Assembly: GCA_030704615.1 (NCBI GenBank)
Contig: CM060733.1
Span: 51,522,001-51,586,000, forward strand
Length of the DNA stretch: 64,000 bases
Origin: Takakia lepidozioides
Taxonomy: Eukaryota > Plantae > Bryophyta
Reading direction: 5' to 3'
Shown: in pieces, positions 24,131 to 38,383 of the stretch
How the letters are laid out: each line of letters starts with the position of its first letter
How positions within the stretch are numbered: the stretch's first letter is position 1
The notes under the pieces: model-generated
Databases searched by the model: none
Told to the model about the DNA's origin: nothing
Seen by the model: only the letters and a program-made list of their open reading frames with translations
Position numbers and translations under genes: made by a program

Positions 24131-25821
24131 ATGACAAAGGGAAGGGAGACACTACGTTTGGCTGTGCTATCCGTGCTACTTGGTTTTGTCTTTCAGTTCC
24201 CCATTTTCGCTGTTCTCTACCAGGCCTCTGTAATATCGTCTGGATCATGCGGTGCATTTTCTAGAGTGTTTTCCTCTCAGCTAACTGGGGCAAGTCCTTT
24301 ACTAGAATACACAAAGGAAACGGGTCAAGGATCAGCACATAGACTAGTGGTGTCAAAACAGCAAACCTTTCAGCCTACCAGCTTCCCCCATTTCTCATTT
24401 GTCAAGTTCAGCTCGTACAGGCTATCACTAAGGACATTTTTCGTTGTGGGCATTACGTCCTACGTTGCCCGTCAATTTGATAAAGACCGTGTTGTTCATA
24501 CATGTGAGTGGCACCCTGCATCCAATGGCACGGTACAGACGATGACGGCTCAAACTGTATCCACAGAGTTTAAGGAATCAGAAGCAGAGATGATCTACAT
24601 AAGGTTTGATGAGAACGGGATGCCGTATGTTCCTGCAATCGTCAACTGTACATTCGGAGAAGACGTTGGAGCCGATGGAAACGGAGGCTTTCTTGTAATT
24701 CGAGTATCCACAGGATTCCACCGTTGGGAGAAGAATATGGCGGTTGTTGTTATGGTGGAGCAGAAAGGGGATGTAGAGTCAATAACAAATCCGCCAGCAA
24801 AGGTATGTAATCGTTTTTGACTTGAAGTAGATCCCTCGGAGCTCTTTCCCCGTTAGCTCAGAAGCAATACTTCAGTACCATCAATGCCATGTTCTGGACA
24901 AGAATATTGAATGACAGCGTCGTCAAACAGATTAGGTGATGTGGGAAACCGATAATAACACATGCTTCTCAACGTGTCCAGATGCCCTTCAAGTACGCCT
25001 TCTGCGGGCCACCAATGCACACAGAAGTGCGAAGCTCGTGGGTGAAGGACTGGCTCCTCTACCACCGCTACCTATTCCAAGGTCAAGTCCACTTCTTTTT
25101 CTACGACGTGGGCGGACTTGACTCGGAGAGCCGGACATCATTCGCCCCATGGATAGAAGCAGGCGTCCTCACCATCACAGACTTGACAACCGACACCTCC
25201 TTCAACATTAGATACCCCTCTTGGTACTATCACCAGCTGCTTTTCATGAACGACTGCCTTCACAGGTCTCGATTCCTGGCCTCCAGAGTATTCTTCTTGG
25301 ACTTCGACGAGTTTGTCCACATTCCAGCACCCGACAGCCTCGATAGCCTGATGCAAAAGCACAAGGAGGCTCCCTGGGTGAGTCTGGGGAGCATCCCTGC
25401 AGACACTGGACACTGCAGGCCTGCTGCTAATCCCAGCGAGGCCCCTGTGGAGAGAATGCTGTGGATGGACAAGAGACCCGAGTGCATGCACCGAGACGAG
25501 GATCCATGGCAGTGTCTCGCAGCTCCAGGGCGACGCAAGTACTGGGCAAACCCGACGACCGTGTTTGCCGTCGGCGTCCACCGCGCGGCACTGCCCATGG
25601 ACGGCGGCGTCGATCTGAATGCCGCGGTCGGGCGGCTGCATCATTACCGCGGCGTTTTGCGGCCGACCGCGCGGCTCTGCGGCGCCACTGTTGTGCCGCG
25701 CGGTGACGACGACGGACTCCCTCACTTACAGCGCGACGACGCCGTCGCCCTGGCCTTTGCCAAGGCCACCCCTCTGCAGCTTGCTCCTGATCTTCATGCT
25801 GCAGCTTACAATTCCTCTTGA
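24131..25821 (+). CDS. GT92/DUF23 galactan beta-1,4-galactosyltransferase-like protein (exons 24131-24802 and 24982-25821)
   Basis: N-terminal transmembrane segment; FSSYRLS...FFVVG, YAFCGPPMH, WLLYH, HFFFYDVGG, YYHQLLFMNDCLHRSR, FLDFDEF and GRRKY; in-frame GT-AG intron. Confidence 0.88.
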
Positions 25822-26856
25822 AATCCGACTTCTACAAACCGTCTTCTTCCCAGTTTACGAGTGCCACTCCGAACAGATCATCAGATGTATTTTGCTGACC
25901 AGTAGAATTAGTCATATGGCCAATCTGAAGAGGAGGAAACCAAGAAACAGAACTGGCGATCAGGAGCTCAGGCCAGAAGGATCGACGTCTTTGGTTTCTA
26001 CAAGGAAACCACCAGCCTTGCTACGCACAGGGGTTAGCTCCACAGATGGAGTCGGCCAGCCAGTAGTGGAGGCTTACGACTCCTTACACTGTTCCAGTGC
26101 TGGCTGATGACTGAGTTAACGAATGCAGAACGTAAGATTCACTCAAGGACGAAGCTAGTTTTCATGCGGAAGCCCTGGGCACCAGATTTTGTAACTTCGA
26201 GACGCGTTGAGAGAGGCAGAGTACGATATAGCTAACACATTGTTAAAACAGTATGTTAGAGAGATGCTTGGTCTTTCACACGTCCCCACAGCTGCCCGCT
26301 TTCCTTGCCTTATATGCAGCTGATTACCATGAGACCACTGTAGACAGTTTTGGTGATGGTCAGCTGGTGCATGCCAATGCCAATGTCAATGCTGCCTGCA
26401 TTGCCTTCATTCTTGATTCGTGAAGTTTACCCAGAAAGATTCTCATGGAGCTCTAGTTTAGCCCTCGGTTTAGCCAAGTACTTACTATTTTCATCATCGA
26501 TCTGCACATACACGCTAATCAGATGTCTCACTTCAACAAACACACTCCCAACTATCCACATGTTGCTACGATTTAATCACCTCAAAAGCATCACCAGCGG
26601 TACATACCTTCAATGTGGATGCAGCATGCAGGAGTGAAAATCCTTGCAACAGAAGCTCAGCTAGAAGACGCCAGTGCTTTCGACTGCAGCTTATTTGGGT
26701 GCTATCTGAAGAGCCTGGTCCAAATCAGCAAATCAAGTCGTCGACATCTTCAATGCCAATTTGCACGGAAGCCTACTTTATAAGATAGCTGGTCTTGAGC
26801 TCTACTATCAGCTAACACATACTACAAAGCTGCACATGACTTTTCAAGCCCAATTT

Positions 26857-29800
26857 TGAAAAGAATGAGTTGATCAACTAACTAGAACACCAGAGGTGTG
26901 AATACATATACAACGTTTGTCACAGGGATAAGGAGAGGAGGACCACATGGGCCTTATCGCTAACTGTAATGAAGCTATAATTACTGATGCAAACGGTGGC
27001 CAGCTACTATCTAGATTTAAGGAGCGGTGCATTAACAAAGGCCTGATCTAGCGGCATCACAACATGGGTGTGTTAATTCCAACCACTCCTCTCACACCCA
27101 TCCTCCTCTCAATACTGAACTACTCTCTTGAGGTGCTCAACATGCTAAGAGAGACAACACCTAGCTTTTCTCTAAGTCCTTCAAATTTCACTCTCCCCAA
27201 AGGTTTTGTCAGGATATCTGCTATTTGATCCCCGGTCGATACATGTGTAAGATCCACCAGTCCTTGTTGTACTTGCTCTCGCACAAAATGATAGTGTACC
27301 TCGATGTGTTTTGTGCGTGCATGAAGAATTGGATTCTTTGCAATTTTTATGCTACTCATATAATCACACCAGATTCGTATGGGTTCTTCTCCGAAGATAC
27401 CTAACTCGTTGGATAGGTGCTGCAACCAAATCCGATTCCTTCGTCCCTTCGGCTAGGGCTCATATTCGGCCTCTGTAGAGCTGAGAGCCACTGTGGGTTG
27501 ACGTTTAGAGCACCACGTTATGACTACCTCCCAGTTGAAATACGTACCCTGTAGTGGATCTTCTATTTTCCCGGTCACTTGCCCAGTCTGCGTCGGTGAA
27601 TCCTGTGATCTCGCTGGTTCTTTGTTTCTTGAAGAGATTTGCGGGTTATTCATGAAGCGGCTAACGACACCCACAGAGTAGGAGATGTCAGGTCTCGTGT
27701 TGGTAAGATATATGAGCTTACCAACCATTTGCCGATATATAGTAGCATTTGCAAGCTCATCACCCATGTCAATGATAAGTTTTGTCCCTTCGAGCATTGG
27801 AGTCGGTTTTGAGTTGCAATCTGAAAGCCCAAATTGTTTGAGCATTTTGGTGATGTACGCACGCTGTGTCATGAAGATGCCCTCCCTAAGATACAAAAAT
27901 TCTATTCTCAAGTAATGAGACATTTTCCCCAAGTTTGTCATCTCGAATCTCTGCTGCAATTGATCTTTGATCCACTCAATTTGGACACTATCATTTCCTG
28001 TGATCAACAGGTCGTCAACATATAGCACAAGAATGACAAGTTTCTCACTTTCATTGACATAGTACATATTGTAGTCAGCATTGCTTCTGTGCATACCTTG
28101 TTCTTGGAGGTAGTTGTCGATTTTTTCATACCAGGCCCGTGGAGCTTGCTTCGGCCCATAGAGGGCTTTGTTCAATCTGCACACCTTATTCTCCTTCCCA
28201 ATGGCAATGAACCCCTCAGGTTGAGTCATGAAGACTTCTTCTTTGAGATCCCCATTAAGAAATGCCGTCTTGACATCTAGGTGGTACATCTTCCAATCAC
28301 GTTGAGCTGCTAGGGCTACAAGTGTTCGTAAGGTGCCCCACTTGACAACGGGCGCAAAGGTCTCATCGTAATCTAGGCCTTCTCTTTGTTCGAACCCTCA
28401 AGCCACAAGACGAGCCTTGAATGTATCACCTTTGCCGTCAGCTCCTTCCTTGATTTTATAAACCCACTTTGCCGTGATTGGATGTTTTTGTGGCGGTAAA
28501 TCCACTAAGTCCCACGAGGAGTTTCTTTTGATTGAGGCCATTTCTTGATCCATCGCAGCTTGCCATTTCAGATTTCCAATTGCCTCAAAATATTTTTGTG
28601 GCTCACCAGCTTCTGCAATTGCTACGTAGTCATCGAATCGAATGGGCCGGATGATCGTTCTTCCAGACTTACGAATAGCCAGTGGGGAATTTATACCTAC
28701 TCTCGGCTGCTCATGTGCACTTGCAAGATCTCTATCATCGTCTAAATTTTCAACCCTTTGGTCTGGACTCCACTCTGGTGCGAGTGGTTCTGTTGAAGTC
28801 GTGGGCACCTCAATACCTAAAAGTGGTGAATGACATGACTCTGAGACACTTTGAGTTGAAGGATCAGCAGGTGTAGCTTTGATGGGAGAAATGCAAGCTT
28901 GGTCAGGAACAAGTACAGTGGGTAGATACATGGTTGCAAATTGTCATTTATGATTGGACTTGGATCTGAAGAAGCACTTAAGGGAGGTGGAGATGAGGAT
29001 GTCGGAAGGTTAGACATGCTTGATTCATCAAAGTGAACATCCCTTGTGATGACCACCTTTCTGCCTTGAGGACTAAAGCATCTGAAACCCTTGGTCTCCT
29101 CATCATATCCCACAAACAGACATTTCAATGACCTTGGAGATAACTTAGATGCCACGTCTTCCTTGGCTATGTGAACAGAAACCTTGCAACCAAAAATACG
29201 GAGGAGTGAAAGAAATGGTTTGATACCTGAATATTTTTCCTCAGGAGTGATACCCGAGTTGGCCTTGGTTGGTGATTGATTCACCAGGTAATTTGCCCGT
29301 GTTAATTGCCTCACTCCACAAGAACTTGGGTAAGTTGCAACTAAGAGCCATGTTGCGTGCTCTATCAAGCAAAGTACCGTTCTTACGTTTCAGCAACACC
29401 GTTTTGTTGCGGCGTGTGAGCTTGAGTGAGCTGTCTCCATATGCCTTCTTCATTGCAAAATTTGATGAAGTCATTTGAAAGATACTCACCCCCTCGATCA
29501 GATCGTAGAATTTTAATTCTATGCCCTGTCTGATTTTCAACTTGAGCTTTGAAAAACTTGAATTTCTGTAATGCCTCACTTTTCAGTCTCAAGAAATAAA
29601 TCCACGTTTTTCTCGAATAGTCGTCTGTGAGTGTGATAAAGTATCGAGACCCTCTAAATGAAGGTGACAAGGGGCCACAGAGATCTGTATGTATGAGTTC
29701 AAGCACCTGTGTTTTTCGGTTGAGACTTTTCTTGGGGAAGCTCTCCCTGTGGTGTTTCCCATACTGGCAGCCTTCACATACACTAGATATCACCGGCAGT

Positions 29801-31805
29801 TTTGGCAGCCCTGTTGCAACGTCCTTGTTGCTCAAGTGAAAAAAACTTTGAAAATTAAGGTGCCCAAGCCTCTTGTGCCATAGGAAAACCTCATCGAGAT
29901 TTTCGACCACATGCATCTCAACATTGGCGGGCTGAATGTGAAGATGGTATAGTCTTGTTGCATTATCTCTTATACCTCTAGCCACAATTTCAGGAGGCGT
30001 ATTCTTAGTCACTAGCAAACACTTCTCAGAGTCAAATATTGCTACGAGATTAGCATCTGTCGAAGTACCTATTGATAATAGGTTCTTTGTGAGTCCTGGC
30101 ACGTAAAGAACATCACTGATCTTTTTTTTTTCTCCACTCGGGAAACAAATTTTTACATCACCCTTGCCGCGCACAGTGTGCGATTGCCCACCGGCAGTTT
30201 TAACATTAGATGGCTCTATCGGCTGTTTTATGTGATCTAGAAGTTGTGAGTTTCCAGTCACGTGCCTTGAGGCCCCTGAATCTAAGATCCATGATGTATC
30301 ATTTGTTTCTAAAGCCATTGTTGCAAGTGCCGCCTCCAACACTTCATCGGCAGTCTCTGAATCGTCAATCTCGGGCTCACCTTCACTGTCATCACAAATG
30401 ACATTAATTTGTTTTCCTTTGTTCCTCTCAAAGGAAGAAGTTTTATCGGAGAAGGAACTCCCAATACTTGGACATTCCCTTGCCCAATGTCCTTTCTTTC
30501 CGCATTTGTTGCAGTAGCCAGGTTTAGTTTGTGAGCCAAACTGTCCGCCATCATAGTTGAACCTCCTGTTTTCAACTCGATCGTTTCTCATCTGCTTGAG
30601 GATCCTTCGAAACTTGAGAACTAGGGCCTCCTCGTCTTGGGCTCGAGTTCGATTTGCATTGCGGCTCTCTTCAAGTTGGAGCCTCCCAGCTATTTATTGG
30701 ATGGTTGGGAGTTCTTTTTCGCTCGAGATAGCCCTGATGAAGCTGTCGAAACTGGCTGGCAAGGCATTGATTATCTGCTCCACGATGATGCTCTCGGATG
30801 GCAGTTCACCAAACTCACTTAGTTGGTTGAGTGTGTCTTGTACTTGCCTCATGAAGTCAGTGACAGTCATGCCTTCCTCCATTCGTAGGTTTGAGAAACG
30901 ATTTCGGATTGCCAACCTCTTGGCGTTGTTCTTGACTTCAAACTGCCTCTTCAAAATATCCCAGCACTCCCTTGGTCCTTTGGCATGTAGTATGAAAGGT
31001 ACAATTTGGTCTTTCACCGATAGCTTGATGATAGAAAAAGCCTTCATCCTTTGCTTTCTAAGAACATGATCAGCATCTCTAGGATTGGGCAAGAGCTCAG
31101 AGACGGAGCTAGTGTCGGCGGAGCTACTGTCTTCCTCCAGTTGTACTGTTTCCCAAAGATCCTCGCGTTCAAGGATACTTTGTATTGTGAACTTCCACAT
31201 GGCATAGTTTGAAGCTCCTTCAAGCTTCTGGTTCTCACCTATGGAGTGCTCTGTTCCTGACATACTGTTCTACGATGCGATATACACTACAACAAAAGAA
31301 ATAAATAAATATAGTAAGTGTTTACAGATCAATAGCTTACACTAATCTACTTTCAGCATAAAAAAATGCTATGAAGAACTAAGAGAAAGAAAGCAAACTA
31401 CTTTCGTGTAGCCTCTCCACGACGTCCCAGTCCCTTGACCATCTTCTTCCTTGTTTCTCTACGAAACAAAAAAAATGCTCTCAGATATCCTCCTCAGACT
31501 CTAACTGTATAGGTCTTGAAGGTACCCTCAAAGTTTCATGACTACCCGTGTAGTCTATTATCCTCGCTCTGATACCATGAAAAAAATGAGTTGATCAACT
31601 AACTAGAACACCAGAGGTGTGAATACATATACAACGTTTGTCACAGGGATAAGGAGAGCAGGACCACATGGGCCTTATCGCTAACTATAATGAAGCTATA
31701 ATTACTGATGCAAACGGTGGCCAGCTACTATCTAGATTTAAGGAGCGGTGCATTAACAAAGGCCTGATCTAGCGGCATCACAACATGGGTGTGTTAATTC
31801 CAACA
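26857..31805 (-). mobile_element. Ty1/copia LTR retrotransposon, full length
   Basis: LTRs at 26857-27085 and 31578-31805; 5-bp TSD AATTT (26852-26856, 31806-31810); tRNA-iMet PBS TGGTATCAGAGC (rc 31566-31577). Gag-pol runs 31263 to 27120 with CNKCGKKGHWAREC, WILDSGAS, HKRLGH, DLCG/SDRGGEY, YVDD and ADILTKPL in INT-before-RT order. Confidence 0.96.
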
Positions 31806-33138
31806 AATTTAGCATCATCTCAGGGTTATGGACGTCACTTGGAGGCAGCTACATTATGTACAAGATGACACCTCCCCTTTAAATGTGTTTTAATGGACAT
31901 AAAACTTTCATTTTTGTACAGCACTTGACGAATTAACACGGATCATTCTACTTCAACACCAGCAGGAATGCTGGCATGTGACATGAAGCATGTCAAGCTC
32001 ATCAACGCCAAGTTCACACTTCCTGCAACCGCGCTCACATGTTATGACATTGGTTGAACGACATAACTATAGAGGGTGAAAGATCAGATCAGCTTTTCCA
32101 TTGCAAAGAACAGTATGGATCCGGAGGCTAGTACACTGACAGAGGTGCCACTGTGAACTAAGGCCCAACTAGTGAGAGAAAAGAAATCAAGAATGTGAGG
32201 GAGAGAGATGAAATGAAAGGGAACTTTATAGTCATTTGAACTTCGCACAGATATGCAAGCATTTCTGATCCTCAAAACCTTTTGGAAGACTTATGCGAGA
32301 AATACGAAGTACTTTGCAACTTGTTACGAGTCGGGGTTCGACTCATGGACGACCTAGGTATCCCCTTCCTTCCTTGCCCTGGGCCTCATGATATGTACGG
32401 GCATAGATCAAAGATATTTGTGTAGCTAGAGGTGGGCATGATGAGGAGCGCGATGGAGAGAGCGGAGCGCCGCCCTTTAGTTTCTTTCTCCGCTAGATTC
32501 ACTGCTACTAGTAGATTTAAAACCGAGGGTTTCTCTAGAAAACCGCACTGCTTGCATATAAACGGGCCCTTCTTTAGCGGCTCTGCCTACACGACGAACA
32601 CGCCTCCTCACTCTACCGATGCAATACAAGCCCTGCTGCTAGAACTCTTGGCTGAAGACTCTTACTGGCATCACAGGCTAGAAGTAAGTATTGACGTTTA
32701 CACTGATGAACTATTTGTCAAGCTCTCTGTGAAAACCAAACATACACTCTCCCGAAATCTCCCACCTGCTCATGAATTGGTGCTTGACACAATCATAGAA
32801 ATCTTTCAACAACGGTTGGGCATATTGCAGCTATCTTATCCCACAATCAAGAGAAGGTTGTTACTGGGAGACAAGATGACCTGGGACCATCTTGGGCTCC
32901 CCACCTTTTCCTCTCCCTGGAGGTGAACCAGATCATGCACATACACATGCTGAGAAATATTGCTACTCAATCCACAAATATTGGATGAATCTCTTTGTGC
33001 ACGGAGCGGGTGCCCTGCTTCTATGCAATCTCTGGTGCCACCACAACAACCACATCTTCATACCTGCTAATCCAAAAATCATGCATGTTACCAGGCTTGG
33101 GCCTCTGTTCCTCCAAAAGGGTGCAGGTTATTGAGGTT

Positions 33139-33885
33139 TCTATTAATTAATAGATCTATGGTTCTTCTTTCGGGGGCTGCGTGTGTAGAGCCCCCTAGGT
33201 ACTAATTTAGTAAGTAGTTAGTTAGTAAGTAGGAAGAGAGCCCCCCTCTCCTATGGAGGCCGGTGGGACCTTCTAAGAAGGTGGGACACATGTCAAACCC
33301 TAATCAAGCCTACTCCCACTACTTGACACCTGTATCCTAACTACCCAAATTGGCATGAACCCCTTGCCTTCATGTAGTCTTTTTTTGGAGCCCTTCATTT
33401 CATGCCTTAATACACGTGGCCTTATTACATAAGCCCCCCACTCTAATTACTGGACCACAATAATTCCTGGACCACTCTAGAATGAATAGGCCCGCCCAAA
33501 CTTGGGGGGCTTATGTAATAAACTTGGGGGTACATATTCACATATTCTATTAATTAATTAATTCATGTTTGCTGTTTTTTTTGGGGGCCCTGCCTTTGCA
33601 GAGCCCACTATTTACTAATTTAGTAGGTAGTAAGGGGGCCTACCTTATATACCTTCTCATGGCGGTGGGACCCTTCTAGAAGCCAGCCAACCCTCACCCT
33701 TCTAGAAGGCCTGGACACATGTCAACCCTACAAGACTCCCTATTCTAAATTTGGCCAATTCCTCCCTTCTTTTTTTGGACCCCCTCATCTCATTCCTTAA
33801 TACAAGTGGCCTTCCTACATAAGCGCCCCACTCTAATTCCTGGGCCACAGTAATTCCTAGACCACTCTAGAATCTGGGCCCGAAT
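33139..33885. repeat. Two diverged ~400-bp direct copies
   Basis: The blocks tctattaattaa, tactaatttagta, ggtgggacc, gacacatgtcaa, ccccactctaatt and accactctagaat each recur roughly 400 bp apart. Confidence 0.65.
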
Positions 33886-35249
33886 GAAACTGCTCTACAT
33901 ATTGGACTAGGAATGAACCTTATATTTATATGCATATTTACTACATCCACATCATGTAGACAGTGCAGGCGATTTGACTGATTGGAGCCAATAGAAATGA
34001 TCTACCCCAATTTTTGAATGTATTCCTGTAAGAATTGGTCAGTGTTTTTTAATCTGGCGAAAAATCCCCAGATTTCCACCTGGAAAATGGGTAAGCTACT
34101 TTACTAAGGAATTATGGGAGAACGAAATAAAAAATTCGCCAGAAAGCGCCAATGATCAAATATCAAGAGCCAGATTTGTCCTACGTGGACCTGTTAAAAT
34201 ATGACACCTGTAATATAGCCACTTTTCTAACTCTCTCACCTCGTTATTCTCGCCACATGGGCGCTGGATAGAATCTATATGTCGCCCTGCCTGCGATTTT
34301 GGAAAAGTGGAAAAAAAAAACGCTGGAACTGGTTTGACCACCAAATTCAAGTATGAAGCTCAATTTTGCTAGGTATAGGCCTCCACAGTCTAAGTATGGC
34401 ACATAACAAAATGTCTCCCCCAAAACCAGATGGCCAAACATTCAAAAATGAGATAGATTACTGTGTATGTGAAATCTGAGGGATAAATTGTAGGATTTTG
34501 GCTTCTTCCATGAGATAATATTTGCTTTGTAATTCCACTGATAAGTACTTTAATACCTTCATGTGCTAATCAAGAGACACTTTTCCAAGCCTCAAAGCTT
34601 GCCAAGAAGAATTAGCATGGTGAAGTACTTACTCGAACTTACAATATACTAGGAATATTGGTCTCAGATTGTAACAAGTGGTAGGCACACGTACTTAATA
34701 TCGTCATCATCGACCGCGTACCAATATGACTCGGACCTCTCCCTTATAACAAACAATAAACAAATGCAACAAGTCTAGAGTAGAAAATGAGATTGTCAAT
34801 TATCGATGTGTGGTCAGCCTAAAGACTATCCATTTTCAGATACATTGTTCGGGGTATTTGCATTAAAAGCTATATGATGCCACATGAAAATCTCAGTAGT
34901 AATTCCCTTATTCATGAGATCGTTTGACTTCTATGGTGTGTTTCTGCCTCAGAGACTAATAATATTGGCATGATCAATAATAGAATCCAAGGTTGTTTTT
35001 TAATGCAAGACATATATGAAGCTATTGTATGTGCTTCCAATTTCTCAGTGCACACTTGTAAATGCAAATGTATGCATCCATCATTAAATTGACAATACTA
35101 ATATATAATGCATGCATCCCCTTCCATTATCCAGGTTTTGGATATCAAATCACTTTTTATGTCTTGCGGTGTCGTAAAAATACATCACAGTGTAAAGATG
35201 TTGTTGCCTCTTGCTCTCCCTCCTCGAAAGATTTGATAAACTAGAAATC

Positions 35250-36520
35250 CTCTGTTCCATCGCAGCCACTTTCAATAAGAGGTCCTCCATGATGGTGCTT
35301 GTTTCACCCGGCTTCTTCTTACCACGGGAAGGTGAGGGCAACGGCAACTCCAATGCCGGATAATAGCAAGGGTCTAAGGGTATAGTCATATGCGGTGGAA
35401 GACAACTTAAATGCAAGACAATGGTTTACAAAGATGTTTGTGCATACATTTCTTTGTCCCTGAGACACCCATCTGGAAGCAAATATACGTCGTCCGAGTT
35501 CCCATTGCCCTTGGCCACGTTGTATTAGATGAAACATTTGCAACAGTTATCGTCGATGTCATATGTGTATGCCAGACAATAAAACTTTTTTGGCAAAATG
35601 TAGATCCAACTTGTATCCCATGCACAATGCATTAAATCTTGAAATGTTTGTAACATTGACTGGGGAGTCGAAGGTCCTTTGAACTCTGGAGATACACTCA
35701 TTTTACAATGTCACTTCGTACGCTCATTACTATATAGTCTCAAATTCATCATGTTCAATCTTTAAAATTTGTATGATGTATAATCATTTTGCAGTACATG
35801 CATATCTTTCATAAATTCTTTATCGAGTGGTTTCGGGTTACTACAAAATCTTTTTTCCATCTCCCAACCAACCTTTTGGATTGATACAATATGTCAAATA
35901 TATAACACTGAGGCATCTTTGTATACAATGTAGTTATATGACGTTAGTCCACTTTGTTTGGCCCCAAGTTTTATCGCATATATCATCATGTTGTGTTTGA
36001 CAGAGTCCAGACCACACCAGTGGAAAGCCCCATGCACAACATCTATATACAACCCATGCGGACACAATGGCCAACCAATCCAAAAAATGGACAATCCCAG
36101 TGGCTGCCTTCATGGCAGCCTCTTTCACAATGTTATCCTCCAATATCCCCGCGAGCGTATGACAATTACGAATTGAGAATGAATGAGTTGTCGTTAACTA
36201 CTCTTCGAAAGAGTAATTCTCTGCAAAATCTATCTCAGATACAACATCTTCAAGGATACTTTGCTGACACAGCTTGAACTCTTTGTCTTACCACCTTACA
36301 ACGTAATTATGTAAGACCAACTGCTTCAGTTTGGGTTTGAGGTAATTTACAAACTTAGCAGCACTTGTGGTCATGAACTCCAGTCTGGTAGCTAGTTTAG
36401 GATCATCCTCATTTGTTTTTCCAGCTGGCACTTCTGAAAGCAATGCCAATGAACCAGAGCCTCTTCTAGTTGTGCACCTCTTTGGGACAGAGATGCAAAG
36501 TTGCAATGTCACACCAAGAT
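35250..36520 (-). pseudogene. Decayed DDE-type DNA transposase relic (DFxENY family)
   Basis: The minus strand reads LKQLVLHNYVVRW*DKEFKLC...VVSEIDFAENYSF (rc 36207-36230) amid stops. Superfamily not assignable by eye. Confidence 0.5.
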
Positions 36521-37849
36521 TATACCTTCATTTCTAATGAGCCTAGTATATGAGACATTCTGATTTGTTTTACCAGAAGAGCTGCTGACACACAAGCACA
36601 GCCACGCCTGTACTTTTTCAATCATGCTTGGAGATTATTTGATGGGGATCTCTGTCTTCGGGTAATCCATGCAGGTGGTAGAAACAACATTGCTCTGTGG
36701 GTCAGAGAGTAGGGTAGATGGCATAAAGTAATATCATGGCTAGGGAAGTGACGTTGAGAGTTGTGAAATGGGTTGTGGGAATGGTATCGTGGACAACATT
36801 AGGCAAGTCTTTGCCTAAGGCCATCGTTGAGATTGTGGTAGACAGCCATTGTCAACATGTTGTCTTTTTGCATACTGTGTATGTGTTTTGGAACTCGCGA
36901 AGTAGAAGTTATATACAATGATTCTGGTCTTAAAATGCTAGCATCGACACTATTGCAGAAAGTGAGCCAAAGCGTGGTGGTGATGAGCAAGTGCTTCCAT
37001 CTTGAAATTGTGAAAGCAAAAGTTCCTGCCATAGCGTATCTGCACAAAGACTAAAGCGTTTGTATCGTAGCAGAAGTCTGCGTTTTCCAGTAGCCCGGTT
37101 GATGCTGATGAACGTGATCAAAATCTTGTGTAGAATTGTCGTGAACCGTCTAGTCACTACACGGCTCTAAACCATAACACTATTTTTATACATCTCTAAT
37201 CTAAAAGATACTTCACTACCTCCACAACACATTGCAATTGGCGTCAATTTGGGACACTGCAATTTTTCTCTTTGTTCTTTTACTGCTAACCACATCTCCT
37301 CAAAACCCCCACGGACAATGATCTTTTAATTTGTAACATATATATGATCGAGCACAAATCAATCAAACCATATTATCTCTTTTAGTGTAAAAGAAAATCA
37401 CTATCCTACAAACTAACGTATTGATGATTTTGATTATGTTGTAACTTATACCCAATTTCCAATTGAATTTGCAGCAGCATGCACAACACATGGAGCACAA
37501 GGATTAATCATATGTCAGTATAGATCTTATAATAAATGTTTGTCTGTTCTGCATTTGCGGCCTTTATGGAGCATTACAGTAAGAACAAACTTCTGTTGCA
37601 ATGGAAAGTGGGTTGACAAATATATTATGGTATTCCTGTATTCAGATTTGTGTCATTTCTTATCTTTAGGCATACTAATGGGTAGGGATATGCGTTTGTG
37701 CGGTTTTCAAACAAGAAAACAACTCTTAAGGCCCAAACGGACAAGAATGACACCCTGGTTTGGCTCCTCTTCAACCTGCCCTTCTCTGACCCTTTCTCCT
37801 CAGTGTGACTTGATGGGACACTCTCCAATCTTGTCAGCAGTCTGAGCAG

Positions 37850-38383
37850 TTGTCACTTCTATCCAAATTATCAAGGACGAGAGCATGACTGAACACAAAC
37901 AAGAGATCAGACTAGAGGTACAAGACTAGACAAGAAGTCAAGGTCGGCGTGGCCGAATATATGATGGGTATGAATCAAGATGATCTTTATAACAATGGAC
38001 AAGAGTACAAGATACCGGAACTTGACTTGTATAATGGAATGCTGGAAACTGGACTGGAGTACTAGATACTGGAAACTTGACTACAGTACTAGAAGCTGGA
38101 CTGGAGTACTGGGACTGGAAACAAGAGGAGCTTGAACTTGTGTTGGCGAGACTGAAGAGTGTCAAGTCTTGCCTCCTATATATACTGGCTACTAGGAGGT
38201 TCCCTGAGAGGCTTCCCCAAAGGAGGTTTCCTGATGGAGAAGTTTCTAAGGTTAAACAAAGTTTCTTGATGGAGAAGTTTCCTTAAACAGATGGGTTAAT
38301 ATTCTGCTCACTTCTGCTTCCGGTAAAGTGGTGGTTAATGACCTCTTCTCTACCTCCTTTCCTTTGCACAGGTCTGTGAGACA
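37850..38383. repeat. Possible LTR remnant with short ACTGGA(A/G) repeats
   Basis: TGTC...GACA boundaries, TATATATA at ~38178 and internal short repeats; no TSD found. Confidence 0.3.

Noticed and set aside
25138-25725. Antisense ORFs over GT92 exon 2 (similar ones lie over DRT111)
   Set aside because: Shadow ORFs caused by high GC codon usage.
32432-33134. 164-aa and 80-aa ORFs
   Set aside because: No diagnostic motifs; likely degenerate TE sequence that cannot be assigned.
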